Shown here in pieces: positions 46,623-56,950 of a DNA stretch of 64,000 bases; the stretch's first letter is position 1; each line of letters opens with the position of its first letter. The DNA is from an uncultured Gemmatimonadota bacterium (GTDB lineage: Bacteria; GCA-2686955; CAYMWF01): the NCBI GenBank assembly GCA_964394085.1, contig CAYMWF010000026.1, positions 2,696-66,695 of the forward strand, read 5' to 3'. The notes beneath the pieces were generated by a model that was given only the letters and a program-made list of their open reading frames with translations, searched no databases and had not been told where the DNA came from. A program made the translations under genes and the position numbers.

Positions 46623-46958
46623 AATGCCCTTTTCCGTATGGTTAAGACCTTCGAAACCCGCGCCGCGTTCGCCGCGCTGCCGGATTCCAGTTTAAAACAA
46701 AAGCTTATTTTAGCAAACGCCGCCCTTCCTCACAAGGTCCTTTTCCCGTTCCTGCGCTCCTCGGGTATACATCACGCGCCATCACCCCTGTTCCTGAATT
46801 ACCTTTTCTGATGAGATAGATATGGACAAATGTCCTCATTGCGATCAATATGACAGCGGAGCAGATGTGTGGATTTTGCATGGTAGATAGATTTTCAGCC
46901 ACCCTCGTTTTTACAGTATGTGCAGTTTTTCCTGAAACCCCAGCGGAAGGAGGAGTTC

Positions 46959-47279
46959 ATGCCGTTCAGGGTCCTGGTTCTTGCTCATGCCCCCGACGCC
47001 GATAAAATGAAACACAGGAGTAAGATTGACACGGGATTATACAACTTGTTCGCCGTTGTCGTGCGGGACCAGAGCCAGGCTGTCCAGACAGCTAAAGAGT
47101 TCGTAGAACAGGAACGTGTCGATTCGATTCTCCTGTGCCCCGGATTCAGACATTCCGCGGTGGCCGAAATCGCAGATGCGGTCGGGCCTCGTGTCGCCGT
47201 GGCCGTAGCCAGATGCGACGGCCCGAGCAGCCGGATTTCAGCCGAGGCCAGGGCCAGGGCTTTCAGCAGGAAGAAATGA
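46959..47279 (+). CDS. Hypothetical small protein
   Basis: GGAAGGAGGAG RBS 5 nt before ATG-46959. 106 aa. First gene of a lower-GC patch. Confidence 0.4.
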   Translation: MPFRVLVLAHAPDADKMKHRSKIDTGLYNLFAVVVRDQSQAVQTAKEFVEQERVDSILLCPGFRHSAVAEIADAVGPRVAVAVARCDGPSSRISAEARARAFSRKK

Positions 47280-47345
47280 AACATACACTGCCTGCTGCCG
47301 GAGATGAAGCGCAGAGGGCGGAATGCAGCATAATAGGGGTATGGA

Positions 47346-47831
47346 ATGGACAACGATATTTTTGCCTTTATCGATGAATTTATAAAGCTTGAAATGAGCG
47401 TCAGCGATATATACATGCTTTTCAACAAGTTATTTCCAGAGGACGCAGATTTCTGGTGGGAATTGGCGATGGAAGAAAAAAACCATGCTGCGCTTTTACG
47501 AAGCGGGGAAGGGTTTTTAGAAGTAACGGGTAAATTCCCGCTTGATTTGCTGGCGCCTGAGTTACAGGAATTGAAGGATACAAATATCCGGCTTGATTCT
47601 CTGAACACAAAATTTCAAGAAATGTCTCCATCGAGACAGGAGGCATTCAATATCGCCTTCGAAATCGAAAACATGGCCGGTGAGCTGCATTTTCAGGAAT
47701 TCATGGAAAGAAATTCAAGCACAGAAATAGCCAGGATCTTCAAGGAATTAAACAAAGACGATAAAGACCACGCCGCGAGAATCCGCGATTATATGGAAGA
47801 GCATGGCATATCAATACAATCAAAAGAGTAG
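47346..47831 (+). CDS. Ferritin-like (four-helix-bundle, possible di-iron) protein
   Basis: 161 aa, all helical. The ExxH-type spacing in WWELAMEEKNHA and a second E/H pair in FEIENMAGELHFQEF suggest the ferritin/rubrerythrin superfamily. The call is weak. GC content is noticeably below the window average. Confidence 0.45.
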   Translation: MDNDIFAFIDEFIKLEMSVSDIYMLFNKLFPEDADFWWELAMEEKNHAALLRSGEGFLEVTGKFPLDLLAPELQELKDTNIRLDSLNTKFQEMSPSRQEAFNIAFEIENMAGELHFQEFMERNSSTEIARIFKELNKDDKDHAARIRDYMEEHGISIQSKE

Positions 47832-47911
47832 GTTTTGCACTTCTCAGGGGTTTCATACAGTGCCATACCTGTTCGTCCATTCGGACAGGTTGTCGAAAGG
47901 GTAATAATCAA

Positions 47912-49021
47912 ATGCAGTTCTGTACAAAATGTATAATACCTCATTCATTTCCAGGCATGAGCTTTGAGAATGGTGAATGCAGTCTGTGCAGGCAGTCCGG
48001 CCGTTCTTCTGCGACCTGCGGACAAACCATGGGTCAAGATAAACTGCTGGAACGTTTGACCTCGAAGAAAAATACCGGCTATGACTGTATAATACCTTTG
48101 AGCGGCGGAAAAGACAGTAGTTACATAGTGTACTATGTTACTAGAGAGTTGGGGAAAAAACCTCTGGCGGTCTTCTTCGACAGCGGTTTTATTACCGAGC
48201 TGGCAAAAAAGAATATCGAGAAAATATGTAAAAGTCTCGGGGTCGATCTGGTAGCCGGCAAAGCAACGGGTTATCGGCGTAAACTCATCAGGGAATCTTT
48301 GAGGATATCGACCCTGGTTCCGAAAACCGCGCTTAAAGGTCAGGTATGCGCCAATTGCGAAAACAACCTGCGCACTTTCGCAATAAATGAGGCAACCAAG
48401 AGGCGGATACCCTATATCATCTGGGGTTCTACCGATTTTGAGGACTCTGCAGAAAATCTTTCGACCGAGAGCACCTTTCGGGGAGACTACGGCTCTGACG
48501 ATATCTCCGGCAGCATCAACAAGAAAATCAGGAAACTATCCGGACTGCTCCGGGCGGGTTTCCCGAAATACAAACTTTCTCTGCTCGGTTTATACTACTC
48601 GCGTTACTATTACTATACCATCCGGGACAACATCGCAATGAAAGCACCGGGAGGCTGGCGAAAGCTCAACCCGTTCCTTGAAGTATCCTTCGATGGCAAA
48701 AACGCCGAGGTGTTATATTTCTTTGATTACATACAGTATGATCCCAATCAGCATGTCGAGGTTCTCAAAAAAGAGCTGGACTGGGAGGCTCCCGAGAGCG
48801 GCGAAATGAGAATCGACTGCAGGCTGCATGCATTTTCCAACTACTGGGACCTGAAGAATACCGGCATCACTTCCGACGGTTTCATCTTGGCCACATTGGC
48901 CAGAAACGGTTTGATCAGCCGGGAAGATGCATTAATCAAGGAGAAGGTGCTCAGCCGGAAAGTAGAGAATCAGTATTCGGAACTGATGAAAGAATTCGGC
49001 AAGAATGTCGGAATGACCTGA
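47912..49021 (+). CDS. N-acetyl sugar amidotransferase (WbpG/WbuX/PseA-type PP-loop ATPase with N-terminal zinc ribbon)
   Basis: The N-terminal zinc ribbon is CTKCIIPHSFPGMSFENGECSLC (C-x2-C...C-x2-C). The PP-loop is YDCIIPLSGGKDSSY, followed by LAVFFDSGFITELAKKNIEKICKSLGVDLV, matching this family. It has low GC and no HisH/HisF-like (WbuY/WbuZ) partner nearby. Confidence 0.7.
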   Translation: MQFCTKCIIPHSFPGMSFENGECSLCRQSGRSSATCGQTMGQDKLLERLTSKKNTGYDCIIPLSGGKDSSYIVYYVTRELGKKPLAVFFDSGFITELAKKNIEKICKSLGVDLVAGKATGYRRKLIRESLRISTLVPKTALKGQVCANCENNLRTFAINEATKRRIPYIIWGSTDFEDSAENLSTESTFRGDYGSDDISGSINKKIRKLSGLLRAGFPKYKLSLLGLYYSRYYYYTIRDNIAMKAPGGWRKLNPFLEVSFDGKNAEVLYFFDYIQYDPNQHVEVLKKELDWEAPESGEMRIDCRLHAFSNYWDLKNTGITSDGFILATLARNGLISREDALIKEKVLSRKVENQYSELMKEFGKNVGMT

Positions 49022-49174
49022 ACGGCGATGTTGCAAAGGGCAAACGGTTTGCGACACCGGTAAACCGGAGGAGCAACCAGGGGGGGTGCGTCAAGCAGCT
49101 TGGTTAAGGTCAGGTATTCGCCCGACGATCCGACTTATCATCCTCCTCCTGCCGCCTTTTCTTCTCCTCGAACC

Positions 49175-50362
49175 TCAGGGATGAACCGCAGGGGAGCTGC
49201 TCAGCCAGCTCATCACCTTTCGAAGTTCTTCTTCGGGTACCCGGTGCCCGCCCTCGAAGGAAGAAAATGTCACCTCATATCCGGCATCGGACAGAATGCT
49301 TCGAGCCTGGGCGGCAGCTTCGAACTCGACCACGCGGTCTTCGGTACCGTGGGAGATGAAAACCCGCAAACCATTCGCACGATCAATTTCGTCCTGCTGC
49401 AAACGCTCTGTTTCGAACCACCCGCCGAAACTTATCATACCGTCGAATATTTCGTGATGCCTTATACCGACAGTGTACGTGTGTGCTCCTCCCTGGGAGA
49501 AACCGAGTAGAAATACGGCATCGATCAGGTATTCTTTCTTCAGATGACTCACAAGATCCACCACGTTGCGCTCCGCCGCCCGGGCGCTCCTCTCCTTATC
49601 ATCCTCGTCTGCATTAAGCAGCCACCAGCTGAAGCCTACCCCGGATCCGACAGCGAACGGGTACGGCGCCTGAGGTACCGCAAAGATAAAATCCGACTCT
49701 CCGAGCCGCTCCCACAGGCCGGCGAATTTGTCCCGACTGCTTCCGAGGCCGTGGAGTCCTGCGACCAGGGTCCGGGGCGACCCGGCATCATATCCGGCCG
49801 GAAGGTGGATCCGGTAGGGTAAGAGCGACGGCGTCATCAGAAAACCGGAGGTCCCCAGGGCTGACTTCTTCCGTTTGAACGCCATGGCGATGCTGTCCGC
49901 CACCGTATCGAACCGGGGTGTCCCGCGTACCTTGTCGAAGTCGGGATCCTCCTGCATATGTTCTATATTCTCGAACCCGGCCCGCACCGAACGGATGAGG
50001 TACCCGGCTGCGAGCGGCCCCTCGCCAAGCATGCCGTAGCAGCAGGCCAGGTTGTATATGGCGGAAGCATCCGTGATGTTCAATTCCAGGAGTGAAAGGT
50101 ACCCCTTCACCGCATCCAGGAACCGGCCGCTGCTGTAGGCCTCGAAGGCTTTGCGGTTGAGTTCCATGAGATCAGTATCGATAAAGTTACCGGACGATGG
50201 ATCGAGGGGATCAGTCTCCGCCGCTACTTCGGGCATCGGAGGCATCGGAGGCATCGGAGGCACCCCGTCGTCACGATCGGAGCCCGCCATGGAGCATGAG
50301 GAGATCAGCATACAGGCAGCGAGGAGGGCTGCCGATGTGAGGAATGTTCCTGTTCTAGACAT
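49175..50362 (-). CDS. Lipoprotein with N-terminal TPR-like region and C-terminal alpha/beta-hydrolase (phospholipase/carboxylesterase family)
   Basis: Signal plus lipobox AALLAACMLISSC. There is an in-frame PMPPMPPMP repeat. The nucleophile elbow is GFSQGG, with later HGTED and GGH completing the triad pattern. TPR-like helices lie at residues about 60-150. Confidence 0.65.
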   Translation of the reverse strand: MSRTGTFLTSAALLAACMLISSCSMAGSDRDDGVPPMPPMPPMPEVAAETDPLDPSSGNFIDTDLMELNRKAFEAYSSGRFLDAVKGYLSLLELNITDASAIYNLACCYGMLGEGPLAAGYLIRSVRAGFENIEHMQEDPDFDKVRGTPRFDTVADSIAMAFKRKKSALGTSGFLMTPSLLPYRIHLPAGYDAGSPRTLVAGLHGLGSSRDKFAGLWERLGESDFIFAVPQAPYPFAVGSGVGFSWWLLNADEDDKERSARAAERNVVDLVSHLKKEYLIDAVFLLGFSQGGAHTYTVGIRHHEIFDGMISFGGWFETERLQQDEIDRANGLRVFISHGTEDRVVEFEAAAQARSILSDAGYEVTFSSFEGGHRVPEEELRKVMSWLSSSPAVHP

Positions 50363-50542
50363 CGTTTCGTCCTTTCCGCGTCATGTCACCGGATCGATTC
50401 GCTGTCGCGATTCAATTTAGCATACGGCGAATTGAAATTTCTGTAGAAATCGCATTCAAGGCGGCAATATACTGACCCCGCATATGAACCTGTTGCTCGA
50501 TATCCACTTCAAACGGCCTCTCCGTTTTCAGGTTCCCGGCAG

Positions 50543-51088
50543 ATGGGGCCGATCATTCAACCTCACCCGAATCATATGAAACGTTCGCTTTACAGAATGT
50601 TGTTGAGAGGGGACATCACGGAATATGCACCTCCCCGTCCCGCTATAATAATCCGTCATTACTCGGCGAAGAGACATCATGAATCTATCCGATCGGTATA
50701 CGGTCGCTCGTTCGGGACCGACCCATGGCCTTCGGACTGGGACAGGTTCGATGAGTTCGATCCGGACGGTGCTTTCGTGGCGGAGGATGCGGAAACGGCG
50801 GAAGCCGTCGGTTATGTGCTGAGCTTCCGCCGGGCGGATTATGGGTACATCAGCGTGGCAGCGGTTGCGCCGGAGCACCACCGGCGGGGTATCGGTTTCG
50901 CGCTTGTGAAAACGGCTGTCCGCTACTTGCGCGGGCTCGGGTTGCGAGAGATCCGGATCGATGCTTACGTGGACTCGACACCGGCGGTGAACCTGTATCG
51001 GAAGGTCGGTTTCGAGGTCGAGAAAACCTTTGAAGACGAAGAGGACCATCCGGAGAGGCCGGCAACGGACCAGCGACAGCCGGAGTGA
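50543..51088 (+). CDS. GNAT-family N-acetyltransferase
   Basis: The acetyl-CoA binding motif is VAPEHHRRGIGFALVKTAV...LGLREIRIDAYVDSTPAVNLYRKVGF. The start could be ATG-50543 or ATG-50576. Neither has a clear RBS. Confidence 0.7.
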   Translation: MGPIIQPHPNHMKRSLYRMLLRGDITEYAPPRPAIIIRHYSAKRHHESIRSVYGRSFGTDPWPSDWDRFDEFDPDGAFVAEDAETAEAVGYVLSFRRADYGYISVAAVAPEHHRRGIGFALVKTAVRYLRGLGLREIRIDAYVDSTPAVNLYRKVGFEVEKTFEDEEDHPERPATDQRQPE

Positions 51089-51154
51089 CTGCATCTTCGA
51101 AATCTGAAATAGTTATACACTCATGAGGTGAGTGGGATAGCCTATCCGGGCGCT

Positions 51155-52333
51155 TTAGCGGACCCAAATCCGGTTTAAAGGACCGCCATATGCCCCCATG
51201 TCCGAGCGGGGTCCGTCCGGATACCAGTCAGGCCAGAGGGGATGGGTGTCGTTCAGCCCGTCTTCGATGAGAGGATCGCCTGCATCGATACAGGGAGAAC
51301 CCGGCCGCAGAAGGCAGTCGAAGCCGTGGAAAGCAGTGAAAAGCGGATCGGCGTCGATGTTGCCCTCACCGTCCCACCCCCCCTCGATATCCGAGTAAAC
51401 GACCGTGAGCCGCCCGGTGAAGATGAAGATCTCGTCGGGATCGTCGCCTCGAAGGATGCAGTTCGTCACCATCGGCTTCGAGAAATAAGTTGAGAAGAGA
51501 CCGCCGCCGTCACCGAGGGCGATGTTGCCCGTGACCGTGCAGTTGGTGAGCCGCACGTGGGACTCGGAGCGGCAGGCGATGCCCCCGCCGTTGCAGTTCG
51601 ACCTGTTTCCCGCGATGATGCAGTTCCTGACGCGAGGTTCCGCGTAATACGAGAGATGCAGACCGCCGCCCTCTTCCCCCGCCGTATTGGATTCGATCAC
51701 GCAGCCCGCTATGGCTGCTTCGCCGGGACCCCGGCAGTGGATCCCGCCACCCTGGGTGGCTGCCTCGTTCCCCGATACGATACAGCTCGTCACTACGGCT
51801 CCGGCAGAAAAAATCATGATACCGCCGCCGTCGCCTTCCGAAGTGTTTCCGATGATCGAGCATTTGCTTATACATGCGGGGCCGAAGCAGTGGATACCAC
51901 CCCCTCCCGATGACGAGCGGCAGCCGGCAACAATGCATTCGGTGATGGTCGGGGCGCCTTCGCAGTAAATTCCGCCTCCGTAGTAGTCGGGGTAGATTCC
52001 TGAGTTTACCCCGCCGGTTATGGTGACCCCTTCGAGCCGGGAGCCGCGCCCCTCTTGATGAATAAACAGGAAACCGTGCCCTTCCTGTTCGCAGTCTATA
52101 ACAGTAGACCCTGCGCCGTGCTCGGATCTAACAATGATCGTCTTGCCGCGGAATTCTATGTCGCGGTTCCCCTCGCCGGTAAAGGTTCCGTCGGCGATCA
52201 GGACCTCGTCTCCGTCGACCGCGGCGTCTATCCCGGCCTGGATGGTCGGGAAGTCGCCGGGGACATGGATTACCGAGCCGGATACGGTCGCGGTCAGGAC
52301 GAGAATCTGCAGGATAAGCAGCGGCTTTCTCAT
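51155..52333 (-). CDS. Secreted right-handed parallel beta-helix repeat protein (paralogue of 10830..12500)
   Basis: Start ATG-52333 has an AAAGGAG RBS. Signal peptide MRKPLLILQILVLTATVSGS. The N-terminal module PGDFPTIQAGIDAAVDGDEVLIADGTF is shared with its paralogue. GGGI-type helix repeats follow. The shared C-terminal module reads YSDIEGGWDGEGNIDADPLF...CIDAGDP...RSDMGAYGGP. Confidence 0.75.
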   Translation of the reverse strand: MRKPLLILQILVLTATVSGSVIHVPGDFPTIQAGIDAAVDGDEVLIADGTFTGEGNRDIEFRGKTIIVRSEHGAGSTVIDCEQEGHGFLFIHQEGRGSRLEGVTITGGVNSGIYPDYYGGGIYCEGAPTITECIVAGCRSSSGGGGIHCFGPACISKCSIIGNTSEGDGGGIMIFSAGAVVTSCIVSGNEAATQGGGIHCRGPGEAAIAGCVIESNTAGEEGGGLHLSYYAEPRVRNCIIAGNRSNCNGGGIACRSESHVRLTNCTVTGNIALGDGGGLFSTYFSKPMVTNCILRGDDPDEIFIFTGRLTVVYSDIEGGWDGEGNIDADPLFTAFHGFDCLLRPGSPCIDAGDPLIEDGLNDTHPLWPDWYPDGPRSDMGAYGGPLNRIWVR

Positions 52334-52852
52334 CGGAGCGCTCCTTTTCCCGGTCCGGGAACGAAACTCATAGGGTACAAACGCATCACCTCGTAACAAT
52401 ATACACCACAATTCGGGTGATTGCCCCAGAAATACGGGCCATTACCCCAGATATCCCGACAATCCGAAAAGCATGTGGGTGGATGACTGGATATTCCGAA
52501 CATTATCAGGCGGAGTCCCCCGCGGTCATCCAAGTGTCACGATTGAGACAGCGGAGAAAAATGTAAAATTGTCAATCGGATTTACAATTTTACACAATTC
52601 TGCCTGCATTACAAACATGGCGGGATATGCTTCCCGCGGTGCGTCGCTATGAGTATGGCCGCACTTTCGCTTGACAGGGGATTTTCCATTGCGGATCTTT
52701 GCCGGAGAACCCTTCGGCTTCAAGGTGCGGACGCAGGATGCCGTCGATAAACAACGGCGCGTCGCCGCTGAACAAAGGTTCGCACCGGCGCTCGACACGA
52801 AGCCGTCGAGCGATCTGAAAGAAGAACATTTTATTTATTTCAAGGGGGAGAG

Positions 52853-53206
52853 ATGAGTAAAAGCGCAAGGAGCCTGTTCGTCTTCGCCATCTACCTGATC
52901 TTTCTAGGCGGTATTCTTATGGTGACGCCCAATACACTGATGAACCTGTTCGGCTATCCGGCGACAAGCGAAGTCTGGATCAGAGTATTGGGAATGCTCC
53001 TGTTTTTTCTAGCAATATATTACATCCATGCGGTGCGAAACGAACTTGCCGGCTTCTTCCAGCTGACCGTCTACGTTCGAGGATCTGTGATCCTCTTCAT
53101 AACCGCCTTCGTGGCGTTCGGCTTCGCAGAGCCGATACTGCTCGTTTTCGGAGTAGTGGACCTGGCGGCGGCTCTCTGGACGCACACGGCACTGCGCTTA
53201 TCATAG
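52853..53206 (+). CDS. Small integral membrane protein (4 TM), hypothetical
   Basis: 117 aa with four hydrophobic helices. GGGGGAGAG precedes the ATG. Confidence 0.45.
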   Translation: MSKSARSLFVFAIYLIFLGGILMVTPNTLMNLFGYPATSEVWIRVLGMLLFFLAIYYIHAVRNELAGFFQLTVYVRGSVILFITAFVAFGFAEPILLVFGVVDLAAALWTHTALRLS

Positions 53207-53351
53207 CTTAACGGCAACCCGCGACACTCATCCCGGACATTACAAAATATAACAATATTCATCAAATAACGTAACTATTGCCGCACTCGCCGGTAATAAC
53301 AAACAAACAGCGCTGCGGCAGAAAGTCCGCCACGCACCGAGGCGCAAAAGC

Positions 53352-55511
53352 TTGAAAGCAGCTTTGAGGTTCCAGAAAGCGGAAGCGAGGGTTTTGCTTT
53401 ACTTATTATTGACATTGATCTGCCTGTATTCTCCGGCTCCATGCGGAGCCCAGGAAAAGGAAAAAACTTTGAATACCCCGAACCATGACTATACAAACAA
53501 CCTCATTCAGGAAACCAGCCCGTATCTTCTGCAGCATGCGCACAACCCGGTAGACTGGTATCCGTGGGGCGACGAAGCGCTCGAGAAGGCGAAAAAAGAG
53601 AATAAACCCATGCTGGTGAGCATCGGCTACGCCGCGTGCCACTGGTGCCACGTTATGGAGCACGAAAGCTTCGAAGATGAAGAAGTCGCCCGTTTCATGA
53701 ACGAACATTTTGTGGCGATCAAGGTCGACAGGGAAGAGCGGCCCGATATAGACCAGGTATACATGAATGCCGTTCAGCTCCTGACCGGCGGCGGGGGCTG
53801 GCCCCTGAACTGCTTCGCCCTTCCCGACGGCCGGCCGTTCTACGGCGGAACCTATTTCCCGAAATCGCAATGGATGGAGCTTCTGAAAAATATTTCAGCG
53901 GTTATGGAAAAGGATCCCGGCAAGGTGGAACACCAGGCCGCGCTCCTCACCCGGGGCGTTCAGACCAGCGACAAGGTTCAGGCGGCCCCAGTAAAAGCCG
54001 ATTTCTCGCGGAACGACCTGGACCGGCTGTTCGCCGCCTGGAAGAACGACCTGGATTACACTCACGGCGGACACCTGCGGGCACCCAAGTTCCCGCTGCC
54101 CTCCGGCTTCATGTTCCTGCTTCATTATGACTACCTCAGCCGGAATAATGACGCGAAAACAGCCGTAATAACCACCCTTGATAAAATGGCCGACGGCGGT
54201 ATATATGATCAGGCGGGCGGGGGATTCGCGCGATACTCGGTCGATGAACTCTGGCGGGTGCCTCATTTCGAAAAAATGCTGTATGACAACGCGCAGCTCG
54301 TAAGCCTTTACTCGGCGGCTTTCCAGTCGTACGGAAATCCGAAATACGAAACAATCGCGAGAGAAACGCTCGATTTCATTCAGCGGGAGATGACATCGGA
54401 TGAAGGCGGTTTCTATTCTTCACTGGACGCGGACAGCGAGGGTGAAGAAGGAAAATACTATGTATGGACAAAAGGCGAACTGCAGAAAATACTGGGCGAT
54501 AACACGGAATTGATTCTCGACTACTATAACGTGACCGATACGGGAAACTGGGAGAACGGTCGCAATATCCTCTTCAAAACCGTCAGCGACGAAAAAATAT
54601 CGGCAAAGTACAATTTAACGGAAGAAGGGCTGGCGAACATTGTTTCCGAAGCGAAGCAGGTTTTGCTGCGGGAAAGATCCAGGCGGATTCGACCCGGGCT
54701 CGACGACAAGATCCTGACCGCCTGGAACGCTCTCATGCTCAAAGCATACGTCGACGCATACAGGGTTTTCGGCGACGCCGGCTACCTCGATGCGGCCCTG
54801 AAGAATGCCGATTTCATCAACACGAGAATGAGAGGGGCGGATTACAGACTGAGCAGAAACTACAAAAACGGAAAGGCGTCGATCAACGCTTTCCTGGATG
54901 ATTATGCTTTCACTATTGACGCCTTCATATCACTGTATCAGGCCACCTTCGATATCAAATGGCTGAACGACGCACTCTGTTTGACGGAATACGCCGTCGC
55001 CCATTTCTACGATGACGGCACGGGAGTGTTCTATTATACCTCCGACATCGATCCTCCGCTTGTCGCGAGAAAAATGGAAATTTCGGATAATGTAATCCCT
55101 TCATCGAACTCCCAGATGGCGAAGAACCTGTACATCCTGGGGCATTATTACACCGATATTGATTACCTGGAAAAAGCAGAACGAATGCTGAACAGTGTGA
55201 AGCAGAATGCGCTGGAGGGCGGGGCATATTTCGCCAACTGGAGTATCCTTATGGCCTGGTTTGCCGACCCTCCTTACGAAGTGGCAATCCTTGGGAAAGA
55301 TTTCGAAGCGAAACGAAAAGAGCTTGATAAGCTTTACCTGCCGAATGTCTATCTCTCAGGCGGAGCGGGCGAGGGAAAACTGTCACTTCATAAAAACAGA
55401 TTTATTCCCGGCCAAACCACCATATACGTATGCCGTGATAAAACATGTAAACTTCCCGTAATTGAAGTAAAAGAAGCCCTGAAACAGATCGCCGGTGAAA
55501 TTCAGCTGTGA
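53352..55511 (+). CDS. Thioredoxin-domain protein of the DUF255/YyaL family (thioredoxin fold + six-hairpin glycosidase-like domain)
   Basis: The DUF255 N-terminal signature is [52 protein letters not shown]. At 719 aa the length is typical. A signal-peptide-like N-terminus ([19 protein letters not shown]) is present. Confidence 0.8.
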   Translation: MKAALRFQKAEARVLLYLLLTLICLYSPAPCGAQEKEKTLNTPNHDYTNNLIQETSPYLLQHAHNPVDWYPWGDEALEKAKKENKPMLVSIGYAACHWCHVMEHESFEDEEVARFMNEHFVAIKVDREERPDIDQVYMNAVQLLTGGGGWPLNCFALPDGRPFYGGTYFPKSQWMELLKNISAVMEKDPGKVEHQAALLTRGVQTSDKVQAAPVKADFSRNDLDRLFAAWKNDLDYTHGGHLRAPKFPLPSGFMFLLHYDYLSRNNDAKTAVITTLDKMADGGIYDQAGGGFARYSVDELWRVPHFEKMLYDNAQLVSLYSAAFQSYGNPKYETIARETLDFIQREMTSDEGGFYSSLDADSEGEEGKYYVWTKGELQKILGDNTELILDYYNVTDTGNWENGRNILFKTVSDEKISAKYNLTEEGLANIVSEAKQVLLRERSRRIRPGLDDKILTAWNALMLKAYVDAYRVFGDAGYLDAALKNADFINTRMRGADYRLSRNYKNGKASINAFLDDYAFTIDAFISLYQATFDIKWLNDALCLTEYAVAHFYDDGTGVFYYTSDIDPPLVARKMEISDNVIPSSNSQMAKNLYILGHYYTDIDYLEKAERMLNSVKQNALEGGAYFANWSILMAWFADPPYEVAILGKDFEAKRKELDKLYLPNVYLSGGAGEGKLSLHKNRFIPGQTTIYVCRDKTCKLPVIEVKEALKQIAGEIQL

Positions 55512-55615
55512 AACATCGGGGAAAAAGTATTTGACGCCGGGCATTACCTGAAAGTTTAATGCACTGAGAGCACCTGCCGGGTCTGGTGCGGTGCAACCTG
55601 TTGCAGTTTAACCGG

Positions 55616-56452
55616 ATGGAAAAAGAACCGATGATTAAATCGATAAAATCCTGGGTACGTCCGATCATTATAAAAAGAAAGTTCCAGGCGTACTGCGTCG
55701 GCACCCCGAAATCCGGCACGACATCACTGTACGGAATGCTCAAGGATAATTACAGGTCTGTACACGAGCCCAGGGCGGAGCCTTTGATCAAAGCGATTCT
55801 CGCTCGTGCGGACGGAGAGCTCAGCTACGACGAGTTTGCCCGGTTCGTAAGAAAACGCGATGCGGATTTATGGCTCGAACTGGAATCTTCTTTCGTTGCC
55901 GGGTTCATCGTCGATGTTCTCAGCAGGGAGTATCCCGACTCGAAATTCATCCTGACTGTCAGAAACTGTTATTCCTGGCTCGATTCAACCTTCAATCATC
56001 AACTCACCAGCCCGCTTCTGGGTTACCAGGAGAAGCTGATCCACTGGTGGATGGGTCCCGACAGAGACAAACATGTGAGCGAAGAAAAAATCCTCGTGGA
56101 TAACGGATTGAACACGCTGGACAGCTACTTATCGGCCTGGGAATATCAGAACCGGAGGATACTGGAGACTGTTCCCGAATCCAGGATCCTTGTCCTGCGC
56201 ACAGATGAAATTTCTCAAAGTACCGACAGGATCGCGGAGTTTCTGGGAATCCCTGCGGAAAGCGTCAGCCAGTCCGGCTCCCACTTCCGCAAAGCCAAAA
56301 AGAAATTCAACATCCTGTCCGGTATTGACGCCGATTTTCTCGAGGAAAAAGTGAACTTGCGCTGCGGTGACCTGATGGGAAGGTTTTACCCGGAACTCAA
56401 ATGTTACGGAGATCTCTTTCCAGATCAAAACGACGGGGCGGACAGGAACTAG
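55616..56452 (+). CDS. Sulfotransferase-family protein
   Basis: The PAPS 5-prime-phosphosulfate binding loop is YCVGTPKSGTTSL, and the 3-prime-phosphate binding region is RNCYSWLDS. The start is uncertain (ATG 55586, 55616 or 55631). Confidence 0.65.
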   Translation: MEKEPMIKSIKSWVRPIIIKRKFQAYCVGTPKSGTTSLYGMLKDNYRSVHEPRAEPLIKAILARADGELSYDEFARFVRKRDADLWLELESSFVAGFIVDVLSREYPDSKFILTVRNCYSWLDSTFNHQLTSPLLGYQEKLIHWWMGPDRDKHVSEEKILVDNGLNTLDSYLSAWEYQNRRILETVPESRILVLRTDEISQSTDRIAEFLGIPAESVSQSGSHFRKAKKKFNILSGIDADFLEEKVNLRCGDLMGRFYPELKCYGDLFPDQNDGADRN

Positions 56453-56532
56453 CAAGCAAAAGCCGACATTCGGCAGCCTTTGATCTCCCGGTTGAATCCG
56501 GTGATCCATGGGAGATCGCAATTTAGCGACTG

Positions 56533-56865
56533 TTGCGATCACGGAAATTCATAAAAAGCATGCCAGGCTTAAAAAAATTACTCTCTTTCATCTTCAGACG
56601 TCTGCCGCCGGCGATAAAAGAAAGCAGGCCGGTTCATCTGATCAAAATGAAACTGTCTCCGGGCCTGCCGACCAATAACTTCCCGAATCGAACCGGACGC
56701 GAACCATCCTGCTCGCAACTGATCAGAGGTATCGAAAAAGAGATGGAGTTCTCCGCCGACCGGATTCAGCACGAAAAGAATAAAGCCGTCAGGGATTATC
56801 ACAGGGGAAGGAAGGATGCCCTGTACTTCATCTATAATTCCCTGAAGAGCCCGCAAGAGAAATGA
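56533..56865 (+). CDS. Hypothetical basic small protein
   Basis: 110-aa ORF, lysine/arginine rich, no motif. Low confidence. Confidence 0.25.
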   Translation: MRSRKFIKSMPGLKKLLSFIFRRLPPAIKESRPVHLIKMKLSPGLPTNNFPNRTGREPSCSQLIRGIEKEMEFSADRIQHEKNKAVRDYHRGRKDALYFIYNSLKSPQEK

Positions 56866-56950
56866 CCGTGAGATGGTTCATTCGTTTATACATAGCCACA
56901 TACGTACTGATATAACAAGTTTACTTAACAATTTCACATCGACCAGGGTC

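Noticed and set aside
46822-46890. 22-codon ORF MDKCPHCDQYDSGADVWILHGR (Cys-x2-Cys) upstream of 46959
   Set aside because: It is too short, has no RBS, and lies in the iorA promoter region. Probably chance.
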